From NCBI RefSeq assembly GCF_009914755.1, contig NC_060927.1: a stretch of 64,000 nt of DNA. One strand, 5' to 3'. Position numbers and translations under genes: made by a program. Each line of letters begins with the position of its first letter. The stretch's first letter is position 1. A model generated the notes under the pieces. The model saw nothing but the letters and a program-made list of their open reading frames with translations, was not told the origin of the DNA and ran no database searches. The stretch is from the human T2T-CHM13v2.0 reference genome, Homo sapiens. This document shows positions 1 through 18,739 of this stretch, piece by piece.

Positions 1-1099
<1,099 letters not shown>

Positions 1100-1479
1100 T
1101 ATGTTAGTCCTTTTTCACACTGCTGTAAAGAACTACCTGAGATTAGGTAATTTATGAAGAAAAGAGGTTCAGTCGACTCACAGTTCTGCAGGCTTAACAG
1201 AAAGCATGACTGGGAGGCCTCAGGAAACTTAAAATCATAGTGGAAGTTGAAGAGGAAGCAAGGATCCTCTTCACATTGTGGCAGGAAAGAGAGAGCACAC
1301 AGAGGAAAGTGCCACACACTTTTAAACAATCAGATTTCATGAGAACTCACTATTACAAGAACAGCAAGGGGGAAATCTTCCCCCCCTACCCCCACCCCCG
1401 TGATCCAGTCACTTCCCACTGGGCCCCTCCTCCAATTCAACATGAGATTTGGGCGGGGACAGAAATCCAAACCATATCA
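1100..1479 (-). mobile_element. MaLR LTR (MSTA/MSTB-like), 5' LTR of the element at 1-1099
   Basis: Runs tgttagtcc...cacactgctgtaaagaactacctgaga...ccaaaccatatca, the reverse complement of an MST-type LTR. Confidence 0.85.
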
Positions 1480-2445
1480 AAGTCCTAGATAATGAACAGG
1501 AACTTTACCAGGATTAAATTATTAGTGGATTACAAAGTTGAATTATCACAGTGCAGTAAGTTCTACCTTCTGCCAATACCCAGAGCTCCTGTATTGAAGA
1601 GCTGTGACTTCCATTTTAGAGAGTCTTTCAGTTTCAAAGAACCTTTCAGTAGGAGAGCTTGGGAACTACAGAATCCAGGGAGCCTGCTGGTCCTACCACT
1701 ACACTGGTGAGATATATATTAAAGGAGAGAGTCCCTTAACATCTCAGCAGATGCAGCCTAATAGGGTGAATCCTGTGTGGTTTATTGAAGGAGAAGTTAT
1801 TTTTACCTCATGCTGTGCTATGTACATACCAGAGCAAGTGAACTTTAAAATGTGCCTTATTTAGATAATATTTTAGGTTTTCTGCCCTACATGCTGGTAA
1901 AAGGAGCAACCATGAGATTGTGAGGAGCTGGTTTGATGACAATAAGCAAGGGTTAGAAATAAAATGTCTATGTTCTGAGGTATTCTCAAGATCTCTACAG
2001 ATTAGTGTGTCTGATCTTATTTGGCTTTTAAAATATAAATTATTGGGGAGAAGTAGTACATATTGAAAACTGAGTTTGCAGATAACCTTAAAGTCTTTTA
2101 GCAAAATATCAACAGGAAGTCAGTCAGCAGATATTAATTGAACACCATTGTAGGGCTATATGTTGTTTTGGAGCTAGTGATCAAGACAAAAGTTCTTACC
2201 CTCAAAAAACTCACACTCTGTTGGGGAAACATAGACAATAAAGACATAAGTAAGATTACTTAAAGATTAATACATGCAATCTAGAAATTATAATTGGTTA
2301 ATTGAGTCTGACTATCCCTGCTTTGTCAGTGTGCTCAGAGAAAGCTTCTCTGAAGAGGAGATACTTTTGCTCAGAGAAATTGGAAAAGCTCTCCTGGTAT
2401 GCCAGCCACTGTTCTGGGTATTGCTTCAGCTGTTAGTGTCAGTAG

Positions 2446-2835
<390 letters not shown>

Positions 2836-3220
2836 CTATCCTTTGTACTTCTGATTATTCCTTTCTGTCAGCTAAGGCCCTAGAGAATGTACTGAATTGC
2901 TCTCCTGGCTCCCTTTTTAAATGGTTCTTCATAAGAAAATATGTGTCTGAAGACCTGACACAGAGTGGAAATGGTTATAGAATCTGGTCCTCAAGCCCCT
3001 ACCAAAAGGGTCAACAGAGGGATGGCAAGTAGAATTGCAAGCTTTAGATTCTGCTTTCACAGTTTTTTTTTTCCCCCAGTAGACTGTAGTGGTGGGGCTG
3101 GAAGGACACCCTGGCTCTTCTTTTCCCTGGCTTTCTTTCTGGAGGGAGCTGCTTAGAGGTTTTGGGTTCAGTACCTTCAAGGATGCTCTTTTGAACCCAA
3201 TTGTATTTCCCTCTCTCTAG

Positions 3221-3389
3221 GTTTCAGCCCCAGCACAGAAACAGGAAATGCATTTTGAGGAGACAACAGCTCTGGGTACAACAAAGGAATCTCCTCCTAC
3301 CTCACCCCTCAGTGGGGGCTCAGCCCCTGGAGCCCACCTGGAGCCTCCTTATGACCCAGGGACACACCACCTCCCCAGTGGGGACTTCG
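3221..3389 (+). CDS. ZKSCAN7: ZKSCAN7 internal coding exon (post-SCAN linker, VSAPAQKQEM...LPSGDF)
   Basis: Acceptor ctctctctag ends at 3220 and the donor G|gtactt follows. The exon is 169 nt and ends in phase 1, which joins in frame to the 5648 exon. The peptide matches the ZKSCAN7 sequence as I recall it. The SCAN exon lies upstream of the window. Confidence 0.9.
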
Positions 3390-4374
3390 GTACTTATCTC
3401 CCCAGCTTTGGCCTTAAGTCATGCCTCCCTTCTCTCCTCTGGAGTCTCCTTTCCTTTATCTGCCCATCTCCTACTCCATGGAATCCCTCATTGCTCTGCT
3501 GTCTGTCCTTCTTCCCTAGTGACCCTGTTTGTTCCTTTTGCTTATTCTCTAATCATTCGTGTAGTTAGTAAGTTTTCATCAAGGGCATGTCGTAGGAAAG
3601 GCACTGCCAGAGACCAGAGAGATGTAGTACATCTATTGTCACTGATTTCAAAGAGCTTGTTATCTAGATGGTAGGATGAGTTAGTCATGTGTAAGAAGAG
3701 GCAACCTCATAAGATGCACATGAATGATATCTATCCTCAAGCATTTGATCCTGTCACAAATGAGCAATGTGGGCATTGGAAAAAGTGATCACTGGGTAAA
3801 AAGCAAGATCATTGTGGGCTGGAACTGGTAAGGGATGCTTCATGAAGGAGGTAGCAGAGTATTGGGCAGTAAAAATGTGGAAGAATTTTGAAGGGGAGAA
3901 AAAAGTAGCAGGCATGCCATTAGAAGACACAACAAAGACCCTAAGCTGGAGATTCCTTGAGCCCTGATTGAGGTGGAGTCAGGAAAGACTGTATTTGGGA
4001 ACCTGGGCCTTGTTTGTACAGGACCTTGAGATTGAGGCAGGAAGATTTTGGGAGTCAGAGGATAATGTGTTAGAAATAGTATTTCAGGAGGATTACTCTG
4101 GCACAGGTGAGCATTATGGATTGAAGGGGAAGGCGCCTTAGTTAAAGGCTGGTGCGGTAGAATAGATGTGATTAATGCCTGAAGTGCAAAGAGAGGAACG
4201 GGCAAGGATAAAATTGAAAAATATTATCATGGAAACATCCGTGGGACTTGAGTTTGAAAGGGGAGGCAGGGGAATTAGAATGTTTTGGCCAATGATGGAA
4301 TCATTGAGGGAAATTGAGAAATCTGAAAGAAAGGTGATAAGAACATTTTATTTATTTATTTAATGTTATTTATT

Positions 4375-5095
<721 letters not shown>

Positions 5096-5647
5096 AACAT
5101 CCATCCATTCTAGACACTGAACTTAAAGTGTTGCAGGACACCCAAGTGAAATGTCCCATAGGCAATAGGAGGCATGTGGTAGGGGTCTAGGAGAGAAGTA
5201 AGAACTGTGAGAGCAGTATTAAAGCAATGAGAGTTGGTCAGATTGCTGACGGAAAGAACAAGGAAGCACTAGGGCCTGAGTTGCAAGGAGTGTCCATAAT
5301 GAGAGGGCAGGAGCAGGCATGAGGAACCACAACTGTGAGGGGAAAATCAGGGCTGGCTGGTGCTAGGGAAACCATGGGAGAGAGAGTGGCCAGAATAGCT
5401 TCCCTGAAAAAAGTTGAAGAGAGTGAGGGCTTGGAGGAACACCCAGTTCTCAGCTTGATCCGGGACCTTGTACTGTACCCTCCAGGGAAAATTCACACCA
5501 CTCTTGGGATAATGCCTTATGGAAGAGGTTAAGAGTCAGTGTGTGTGGAGGTGCCTGGGTTCTCTTGAATCCACTTATTGGGAATATAGATCTTATGGGA
5601 GCCAGAAGCAGGGCTTGTCCCACTCATAGCTTTCTTTCCTCCCTCAG

Positions 5648-5739
5648 CTCAATGTACTTCTCCAGTTCCTACCCTTCCTCAAGTGGGGAACTCAGGAGAC
5701 CAAGCAGGGGCAACTGTACTTCGGATGGTCAGGCCCCAG
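5648..5739 (+). CDS. ZKSCAN7: ZKSCAN7 internal coding exon (AQCTSPVPTLPQVGNSGDQAGATVLRMVRPQ)
   Basis: Acceptor ctttctttcctccctcag| and donor CAG|gtgagc. 92 nt, phase 1 to phase 0, in frame with both neighbouring exons. Confidence 0.9.
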
Positions 5740-6009
5740 GTGAGCTTGGTTCTTTGTGTTTTTACCAAGTCCCCATGAGTCTGGTCCAAGAATGGCTAGA
5801 GGTCTCACCCCCAGGACTCTGCCCCATCTAAGACTATTCCTGTGGCTCTCCTGCCTCATTACTTCCCCTGGAGGTAATGGACTCTATCTTGCCCTGGACT
5901 TGTCCTTTTCGAGGTGTCATCTCAGCTCCTCTCTCCCATACTTTTGCCCATGAAGAGCCCATACCCTGTGCCCTTCGTACCCCTGATGACTCTGCCCTTC
6001 AGGCTGTGA

Positions 6010-6186
<177 letters not shown>

Positions 6187-7587
6187 TAGTCACTTAAAGT
6201 CTGCATGCTGCACAATCTCTTTTCTATATTCCTTGTCTCTTTAAACTTTTTACCATGAAAATTTCCAAACATAGTTAAACTAGAGTGAATAATATAGGGA
6301 CCCTTTCTGCATTCATCACTGAGATTCAACAGTGATCAGCATACTCTTCACCTCATTATGAATTGATATAGTGTGGTTTAGGTAGGGCTTCTTAGTTGTA
6401 AGGAACAGAGAGCCACTCAAGTTATTGTAAGTAAGGAGCTGTGAGTCATAGGCTTAAAGGAATGAGAACCTGGAAGAAACTGATGAGCTAGACCAGACTG
6501 TGGGAAGCAGGGCCTTGACCCTGGGAGCCTGAGCTGCAAAAGCAAATGCATGTTGATGCCTGTGTTCCAGTGTGAATGTAATGCAGCTGCTCGCAGTGTA
6601 TCTGTTTTCTCTCTGCTTGTCCTCCTCCTCTTGCCCATTTTCTTCACTGTGAATCTTTTGTCCTTTTCATAGCTCTTTTAATTTTACTTTCTGTTCTTTT
6701 ACACTTGTTGCTTGCTGTGTTTCCTAATGGCTTGGCTTCTCTCCATGCGCCACTTCAGCTTCCATTGCTACTCGTAAGTGCCTTAATTTTGCCCTACCTC
6801 CAGTTCCAAATTTCCTCAGAGATGGACTTTCATTGCTATAGCCATTACGCATCATCTCATTTGGGCACAGGGGTTTGGCCCAGGCCACAGCAGAGGCTGA
6901 AGCCTAACCTACAAATAGACCCTTCAGTCTAGTACCTGGTGCCAGTCCAATCACCTGTGGCCCATCGTGGGATGCTCAGGGTCACTTGGCACCAAGCATG
7001 GTTGCCTAAGCATCCCTCTCTGCAAACACTGGGGCAGAACAGTTTCCTGAAAGGGCTTCTTGGAAGGGCAGATCCTGTGGTTGACGAGTTTAGGGCAGTC
7101 TTTTTACTGTCCTATCATGTAAGATCTGTTCTTTTTGTACACTTTCCTTATCATACCTCCATAATATAAATTTCCAGTCAATTCACTCTCATTTTTTTCC
7201 CTGTCTCTTTCTTATGTTTGGCTTGAGGTATTTGCCAGCCTCCTCTCTCCCAACATGTTTTCTGAGAACAATGGAACCATGCAATGTTATGGTTGGAAGG
7301 GATCTTAGAGTTCATCACTTTACTAAGGAGACATAGCACGAGAGTAACTTCTGTAAGATCACAGCATGCTTTGCAATCCACTTTTTTGCTTTCCAGTGGC
7401 CCTTCTGACTTGGTTGTGCTGGCTTAGTATCTTTTTTCCACCTGTTTTCACTGACCACCTTCCCCTTCCTTGTTTTCCTGTCCCTAGGGAAAAAAAATTG
7501 AGCTATTAATATTTCCCATTTTGCTCTTGTTCTCAATGTGTCATCTCATTTCTTAACCATAATGTGACTTTTTTTCAGGTATGTTAG

Positions 7588-9145
<1,558 letters not shown>

Positions 9146-9871
9146 TGAGTTAAGCTGTCTTTATAAGCAGGATGCTCATAGTGGTTTCCCGGAGCCAGTA
9201 GTCACGGTGGACCATTCCCTACTTGCTTTTCCTTGGATCACTAAGGTGGGAGAGTAGGAGTAACTTATTCCAGTTCTTACCCATTATTAGGAAGGTAAGG
9301 ACTACACATGTCATTGAATTGTAGGTTTCCTTTTTTTTTCTTTACTTTTAAATTTTAACTTTTAAAATCTATTTCATTTCTTAGTTATGCATCTCATAAT
9401 CAGACTCCATGCTTTTTAAAGACAGAGATAATATCTTCTCTATTCTATTCTACTTCCTCCATTTCACCATTTATACAAAGTCATTCAAAAAGGCTGATTC
9501 ATGCCTTCCTGCCTCTTGGCTATGGCCCTCCCCATCTACTCTTTAAACTTTAATCTATAACTTTTCATCAGTTTTGTTCCCTATCTAGAAAACATTTTCT
9601 TCTGTTTGCTAATCTTTGTCCCTCACAATTTTTGAAATCCATCTCATCACTGAAATACTTTCTTCTTCAAGTACTTTTTTATTTTTCTTCAACTTCTCTT
9701 GATTTGACCTCAGTGCTTTGAATTCACTGGTGCTACAATATGTAACTGTGGTTAATTGCCTTGTAAATTTTGCGTGTCTGTATACTTTTATACCAACTTA
9801 TTGTAGGCTCTTTGAGGTCAGGTATGTATTTCTTTCCCATATAGATAGTATTTTGTACATACCAGTTGTTA

Positions 9872-9877
9872 AATAAA
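9872..9877 (+). terminator. Candidate polyadenylation signal for the finger-containing ZKSCAN7 mRNA
   Basis: AATAAA about 760 nt after the stop codon. Usage cannot be shown from sequence alone. Confidence 0.5.
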
Positions 9878-10078
9878 TAATTTTTAAAATCTCAGCTCTC
9901 ACATTGAATTATCCTTAAAGTATGCACGATCTTTCTCCCCTCCCCAGCTGGACCAGCTGCTTCTAAAGATGGAAGTCCATCTCATCATAGAATATCACAT
10001 ACAGAGGTCTTACTGATATCTTTTACATATACTCCTGGAAGTCTTACTACTGTTACTTCAGCCTCAAAATGCGAATGG

Positions 10079-10083
<5 letters not shown>

Positions 10084-10127
<44 letters not shown>

Positions 10128-10180
10128 ATGCAAAAGAGAGAGAGTGTGTGTGTGTGTGTATGTGTGTGAATGTGTGTGTA
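10084..10180 (+). repeat. (TG)n / (GA)n compound microsatellite
   Basis: Long perfect TG run followed by interrupted GA and TG runs. Confidence 0.95.
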
Positions 10181-10302
10181 TCTAGGTATTGGGTTGGGCA
10201 GTCATATCCCACTGGTACGGACTTTCCCCTACATGCTGATTCTAGTTCTGAATTTGCTAACTGTACCCTGCTTCCTAAATCAACAGATTAAGAACTGTGT
10301 CA

Positions 10303-10618
<316 letters not shown>

Positions 10619-11821
10619 TTACTGCACCGAAGACTTGACTTTCATAGCAGTGGTACAGATTATTGAAAATCCAGCTAGCAGCATTCCCTGATGCTTGGAA
10701 TTCACTATGACGAGGCTTGTGGCAAGATAATAGATTCACAGGAATCTGTTTTCCTTATCGACTAGTCCTATCTACCTACAACTGCCATCTTAATTTAAAG
10801 ATGAGAGCTGTACCCTTAATTATCATAATTGTCTTCTGGACCATCTTTTCATTCCCCGAAGACATAAGAAAAGAAATCTCAGAAGATTTTCTGTCCTTCT
10901 GCCATCACATGTCAGTCCATGAGCTTGAACAACTTTTCCCTTCCACCCTTGCAATATGGCCCAGATCTGGGGGACGTTTGCCTCTGTTGTCTACCTCCTT
11001 CTCTTTCCATCCCTTAAACTTAATAGGTTTAGAGGATCCACAGTGTGACAGAGTAGAGGAGGAGGCTAGAGGAGCCATGCGAGTTATATAATCTGGAGGG
11101 GAGATTTTTTTGAGGTGTGGTGTATGTTTTAACATAGAAGAAAGGGTGGAGTTGAGGCATAGGAAAATAAGATTAGATGTGATTCTAGGGACATATCTCA
11201 GGCAAGTTTAGAAAGAATAATAGGAATCCTGAAAACACTGAACCCAGGACAGAACTGAAAATTTGCCACTTATGAATATATATTTTAAATTTGTTTTCAA
11301 CTTTATATTTAGTATGTGTTTCCATTTTCCTTTAGAAGATATGCAGATAGGACTTTTTCATTGTTTTAGTTTGGAAGCTCCCAGATCCCAGGGACAAGCC
11401 CAACCCTATATGAGCACATGGGTCCAGCCCTCTACCCTGAGCTGGACATTTCTGGTTAAGTCTTCAATAGAACGTTCCTGCTTATTGGATGTTGCAGTTT
11501 TACCTTCTGGTTCTTGTCTGCTCATCGCCTACCACACTAACCCTCTAGAGGTTGGAAACCTGCACTATTCATAACTAAGGTGGGAATAGTAGGGAAAAAA
11601 AGAGTAGATGTAGGGAATTCTACACCAGTGTGTGCCTTGACATCCTTAAAAGCCTGAGGCTTTTGAATGGAGGAAAATTGGCTGCATTTGAAAGCCATAC
11701 CTCAAATTCTATTGGTTACTGCTAGCATAAACTTAAAAAAAATTTAAATCTGGACTGTTATGTTGCTGAATTATTTTTAGTTTTAATGGTTTTTTAGTTT
11801 CATTTTCTAGGTATATAATAA

Positions 11822-13610
<1,789 letters not shown>

Positions 13611-14005
13611 TTATTATTATTATTATTTTTTAAAGTTCAGAAGTAGATTCAATTTGCCAATATTTTGCTGGCTGTGCAAAATGAATTTGGAAGTTTTTTT
13701 TCTTTTATTACTCTGGAACAGTATGCATAATATAGCAGTTATTCCTTAAAGGCTAGCTAGAAATGACGCATTCTGATATATATATAATTTTTTTCCCCTG
13801 GTGTTTGGATGTGGCAGTAGCATCCTTGCAGTTTTTTTCAGTGGTTTTGTTCTTCAGGTTTTCTACTTCTGTGTAAATTTTTCTAATATGTATCTGGAAA
13901 TCGTATTTACTATTCTGTCAAACGTTGGCATAAAGTTACACCTAGTATTCTGTAAGATTCTTTTCCTCTGTTCTGTATATGTAATTGACCTCTTTTTCCA
14001 TATAT

Positions 14006-14146
14006 AGTCATATCCACAGGGAATTGGTTCCAGGATGCCCCTATCTCAGATATCAAAGCCCTCAGATGCTCCTTTACAGTCAGTCAGCCCTCCATATCCT
14101 CAGAATATGTGGATGCGGAACCCAAGAATACAGGGGGCCAACTGTA
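14006..14146. mobile_element. TcMar-Tigger-type DNA transposon relic (MER2-like)
   Basis: The wording ttggttccagga...cagtcagccctccatatc...gcggaaccc...gggccaactgta resembles MER2/Tigger ends. Confidence 0.5.
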
Positions 14147-14698
14147 TGATGTTTTGCATTTTGGTTTCCCTTCAGTTTTTTTTTTACTTTCAGGATTACC
14201 AAAGGCAGTGTATCTTGTTTCTCTTTTTGAATTTCATTTCTCTTGAATTTTTTTTTCATATGTTCTTTTACTGCCTTAAGTTGCCAAGGCTTTGCATTGC
14301 CTTCACATACATTTGCTTTTTCCTCATTAGTGAATGACAAGGGCTTTCCAGTCCTGATATTTGTCTGCAGATAGGGAAATGGATTTCCCTTTACATTCCA
14401 AGTAGGTGCTATTAAAACTGTCCCTTTAGATCTGAAGCTAAAAGGTTAGTTGTAAATTTATGTAACTCTGCACTTCAGCAGTAGAGAAGCAGCTTCAATT
14501 TTGCTAAGCTGGTTGAAAATTTTTCACTCAGGGCCAACTTTTATATCTAGCTTTCTTTTTGGCTCAGCCTCCAGGCTAGTTATCCAGTGGAGCCTCCTTC
14601 CAAGTTCTCTGCCTCATTGGAAATAGCTTGGTTGTGAAAGAACTGAATGTGGAAAACCCTTCAGTCACAAGTCATTACTCCACATTGGAAACAAAATC

Positions 14699-15000
<302 letters not shown>

Positions 15001-18000
15001 CAAATAACCAATTCTTTTTTTTTTTGTTTTTTTTTAGGAATGGTTGCTTTCAACATTTTCCAGGTTGTGAAAGGTTTGCCACGATTCTCAGGGGTGTGGT
15101 TCTAAGCTGCATCAGTGGAACAAATACAAAATGCTGTCCTCCTCCCAGGCTGGAAGGCAGTGCACTTTCTCCTCTTAACAGCCAGACTAGCGGGTGAGGA
15201 GTCAGTGCTGTGACCCAGGCCAAGCTGGAGTGTCCGCATGGCTTTTTCTCTGACCAGTGGGGATTCCATCTATCTTGAGGCGTGCTGGCTGGGCCCCGTT
15301 TCCACACCAGCACATGGTGAGACAGGGTAGCTTATCAACAGGCTGCTGGGCCTTAATACTGACAGTGAGTGTGGCGGGTCACAGCCAGGAAGGGACTAAC
15401 ACAGATGCCCGCCCAGCCCCCACTGCTGGCCTAATTTTAGAATACCACGGAAAAAAGCTTTGATGAAGACAACAGGAAGTCAACACAGCAGAGAGTGGTG
15501 TGGACAACCCAGAAGCCAGCCTCACGCATTCCATGCCCACAGTTAACGATGACAACAACAGCAGTAAAACAAAGGTACAGGTGAAAAGCAGCGCTCGGGG
15601 TGTGCTGCTGCAAGCTGGGGAAGGTGCGTGCTCAACTTGGATGGGACACACCTAGTCTTTCTTCAAGTCCCTGGATTCAAAGAGCTTCAACCGTTCTTGC
15701 ACCGTCAGGCCTTCCTTCAGACTCTTGGACCTGATGTTTCTGAGTTGCCAGGTGACACAGGATCTGTCTTTCTTCAAGAAGTCAGGGTTGCTTTTAGATT
15801 TCATTATATCATATCCGGACACCATGGCACTGTCAGGGGACTTTTCCCCCAGTGCTTCCGTTGCAGCCTTAAGCTGCTCTTTCAACCTGCTGATGTCACA
15901 GTCAGCCTTAGCCTTTGCGATGCTGAGCTCTGTGTAGATGTCTTTGTGGTGTCACTTGCGTACTTCTTGTCCCACAGTGCTGTCTGCAGCTCATCCTTGA
16001 GGGAGCTAATCTCCTGTTTCAGGTACTGTATTTCCGATTCCTATATCCGCAATAAGACTTCTAGTTCATAGGCATCCTTGCCCTGTGCAAGGGGTGACCC
16101 AGTGGCCTCCCCACCGCCGTCCCCAGTCAGCAGCGTCCGCAACCGTGTGATCTCTGCAGCCAGGCGGTTGTTCAGCTCCTGGTTGTGGGCATTGAGCTCC
16201 TGGTTCTCACGCTGGCACTGCCGCAGGGCCTGCTGCCCGGCCTCCAGCGCCTGGGCCAGATGGGCATTCTCCAGGCACTTCTGCGAGTACTGCTCCGAGA
16301 GGACCTCCAGTTCCCGCTGCACCGACTGCAGCTCCTCCAGGTACTGGCGCCGCAGGGCCTCAACATCCGAGTTGACGCTGCTGATCTGGGACCGCTGGCT
16401 CTTCTCCAGCTCCCGCTCCATCTCCTCCCGGTGGGCGTTCTTCATGGCTTCGATGGCTGAGATGGTGGCCGCTGTCTCCTCGGCTAGGAGTCGGTCTTTC
16501 TCTTCTCGAAGTTTCTCTAGCTCCCGCTGGTGCTGCCTCTGGAGATCTTCAATCTTCTTCTGGTGCGTTTCTTCCATTGCTGCAAACCCTCACTTGCACG
16601 TGGCCTGCAGCATGTAGCCCTCACGGGCGCTCTGCTCCCGGCCCAGGGCCACCCTCAGCTGGTCCTGCAGGAGCCGGTTCTGCTCCAGAAGGTCTGAGGC
16701 CTCCTTCTGGCTCTGCTCCAGCTCCTTCTTGAGCAGAGAGGTCAGCTCGTGTGTGGAGAGCCGGTCACCCCCATCTTCAGAAGACAGGTGGACGGGGACG
16801 ATGGGCACCTGCTTCTCTTCCCGGAGAGGCGTGGTCTCCACCTGATGCCACCGCTGCTCGATCTCCACGTGGACGTTATGCGTCTTGAGGTCGCTCACAG
16901 GCAGCCCTGGGCTCCGGTCCACCTCCATGCGCAGGGCTGCATCCTCAGTGCCTGGCCCGCCTGTGGCGTCCAGCATCCCGAAGTGCTTGCGGCGCTCCTC
17001 CCGCCTCCGTGCACGCTCCCGCTCCAGCTCCCCAGGCTCCGCCTCAGGGCGCAGGGGCTCGTGGGTGTCAGCAGGCCCCACACCGCCCACCCGCTCCTGA
17101 TTCAGGGCCTGCTGGATGGGACGGAACTCAGCCCAGTCAAAGGTCTTGGAGAGGCCCTCTCGCCTCCGCTCCCACGTGCGGCTCCTCTTCTGCTCAGGGT
17201 CCGGCTCCCCCGGCTCTGCCTCTTGCTTCTCAGTAGGCCTCGGGCAGGTCTCAAAAGAGCAGCTGCTCTTGTTTTTTTCCTCTGGCAACCAGCTGGTCAC
17301 ATCCGGGGCGGTGGTCGGGTGCACATGCTTCATGATGGTCTGGATCCAGTTCCGCCGAATCCCAGATGTCATGGCCGACAGGGTAAACTCGCCCTCCTTT
17401 GTATGTATCTGGAAGCCATAGTTTCTCTGAACTGGATACTCTGTGACATCGTAACATGCAGACAAGTCAATTTCTCCATCCAAGTCGGCTGCCTCCTCAG
17501 CCACTGAATCCCTGTAGTATCTCAGGCTTTGATCGGCGAGGACAAACCAGTGTTTCTTCCACTGGCTGTCCTCATACTGCTTAGTCAGCCAGCCTTTCTT
17601 GAAATTCAGCAGGTCGGGCGTCACGGAGGGCTCTGTGGACCTCCTGTCCAGTGACTTGGCTCTTCGGTGTGGAGACGGGGGAAGCCGAGGCGTCTGGGAG
17701 AGGAGCTTGGGGGGGGGGCTTCATTGGTGAAGTCCTGCTTGCTAGGGAACGCCCTTTTCTCGCTGCGGCCCTGGCGTGTGTCACTGGATGGCGAGGGCCC
17801 CACTGCATTGGTCTCCATGTGCTCTGCCTTCTCAATGTCCAAGGCCTCAAACTTTTCAATCACCTGGGACCTCCTGTGGTTGGGGGTGCTGGGGCTGGGA
17901 GGGGAGAGCGGCGGGGGCAGCTGCTGTTCTTCGGCCTTCAAGTCGTGTTTGGTCTTCTCCAGAGAGAAGTAGCTGCTCTCCCCCCGGACTTTGCGGCCAC

Positions 18001-18201
18001 AGTCCATGCGGTCGCTACTCATGGCGCTCTCCTCTTCTTTGCTCTCCAGCCCAGGTTCCCGCAGGGAGCTGGCAGCAGGAGGCTGGCTCTGGCTGGGACT
18101 CTGAGCTGGACTCAGACTGCTGCCATCTGGCTGGTCCTTGGTCCTCATTTCTTCCTGCCAGAGTGTGGACTTGGTGGTGGGGACTTTCTCAGCACTGGGG
18201 A

Positions 18202-18223
18202 TGCTGCTGCTGCTGCTGCTGCT
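18202..18223 (-). repeat. (AGC)7 poly-serine triplet repeat inside the MPRIP retrocopy
   Basis: tgctgctgc... on the + strand; encodes SSSSSSS in ORF 17621..18760. Confidence 0.9.
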
Positions 18224-18739
18224 GGTGGTAACAGCCACCTTGGCAGGCCCAGGCTCCTGCGGTGTGGGGGGCTCCACTTTCCATTTCTTCTTCTGATTCT
18301 GCTTGTTGGTCCGGGGATAGACCATGAGCATCTCCAGCCACCCACTGACGATCTCCTTGGTCTCCGCCCGGATGAAATGCTCCTTCTCAGGCGTCAGAAT
18401 ACACAGGGAGAACCTCTGGCCCGTGCGGCCCTCCCCATCCACCACATCTGTGCACTGGTTCATGTTGATGGTGCCCTGAGGAAGGGTCGTGGGCATCTCA
18501 TCCAGGGCGTAGCGCAAGAGGCCATGCTCGTAAAGGATGAAGAACTGTCGCTGCCATTTCGGAGACCGGTGCACTGAGTTGTCAAAGTCGGTCCCATCTG
18601 GAGCCAGGAGGAGCCAACCGCCATAAATGGGTTTTGCCTGCGTCAGGTCCTCGTCGTTGAGGAGATGCGACTCGCGGGGCTGGAAGCAGTTCTGACACTT
18701 GCTCTTGTTGAAGATGTTGGCCTGGAATTTCCTGCACGG

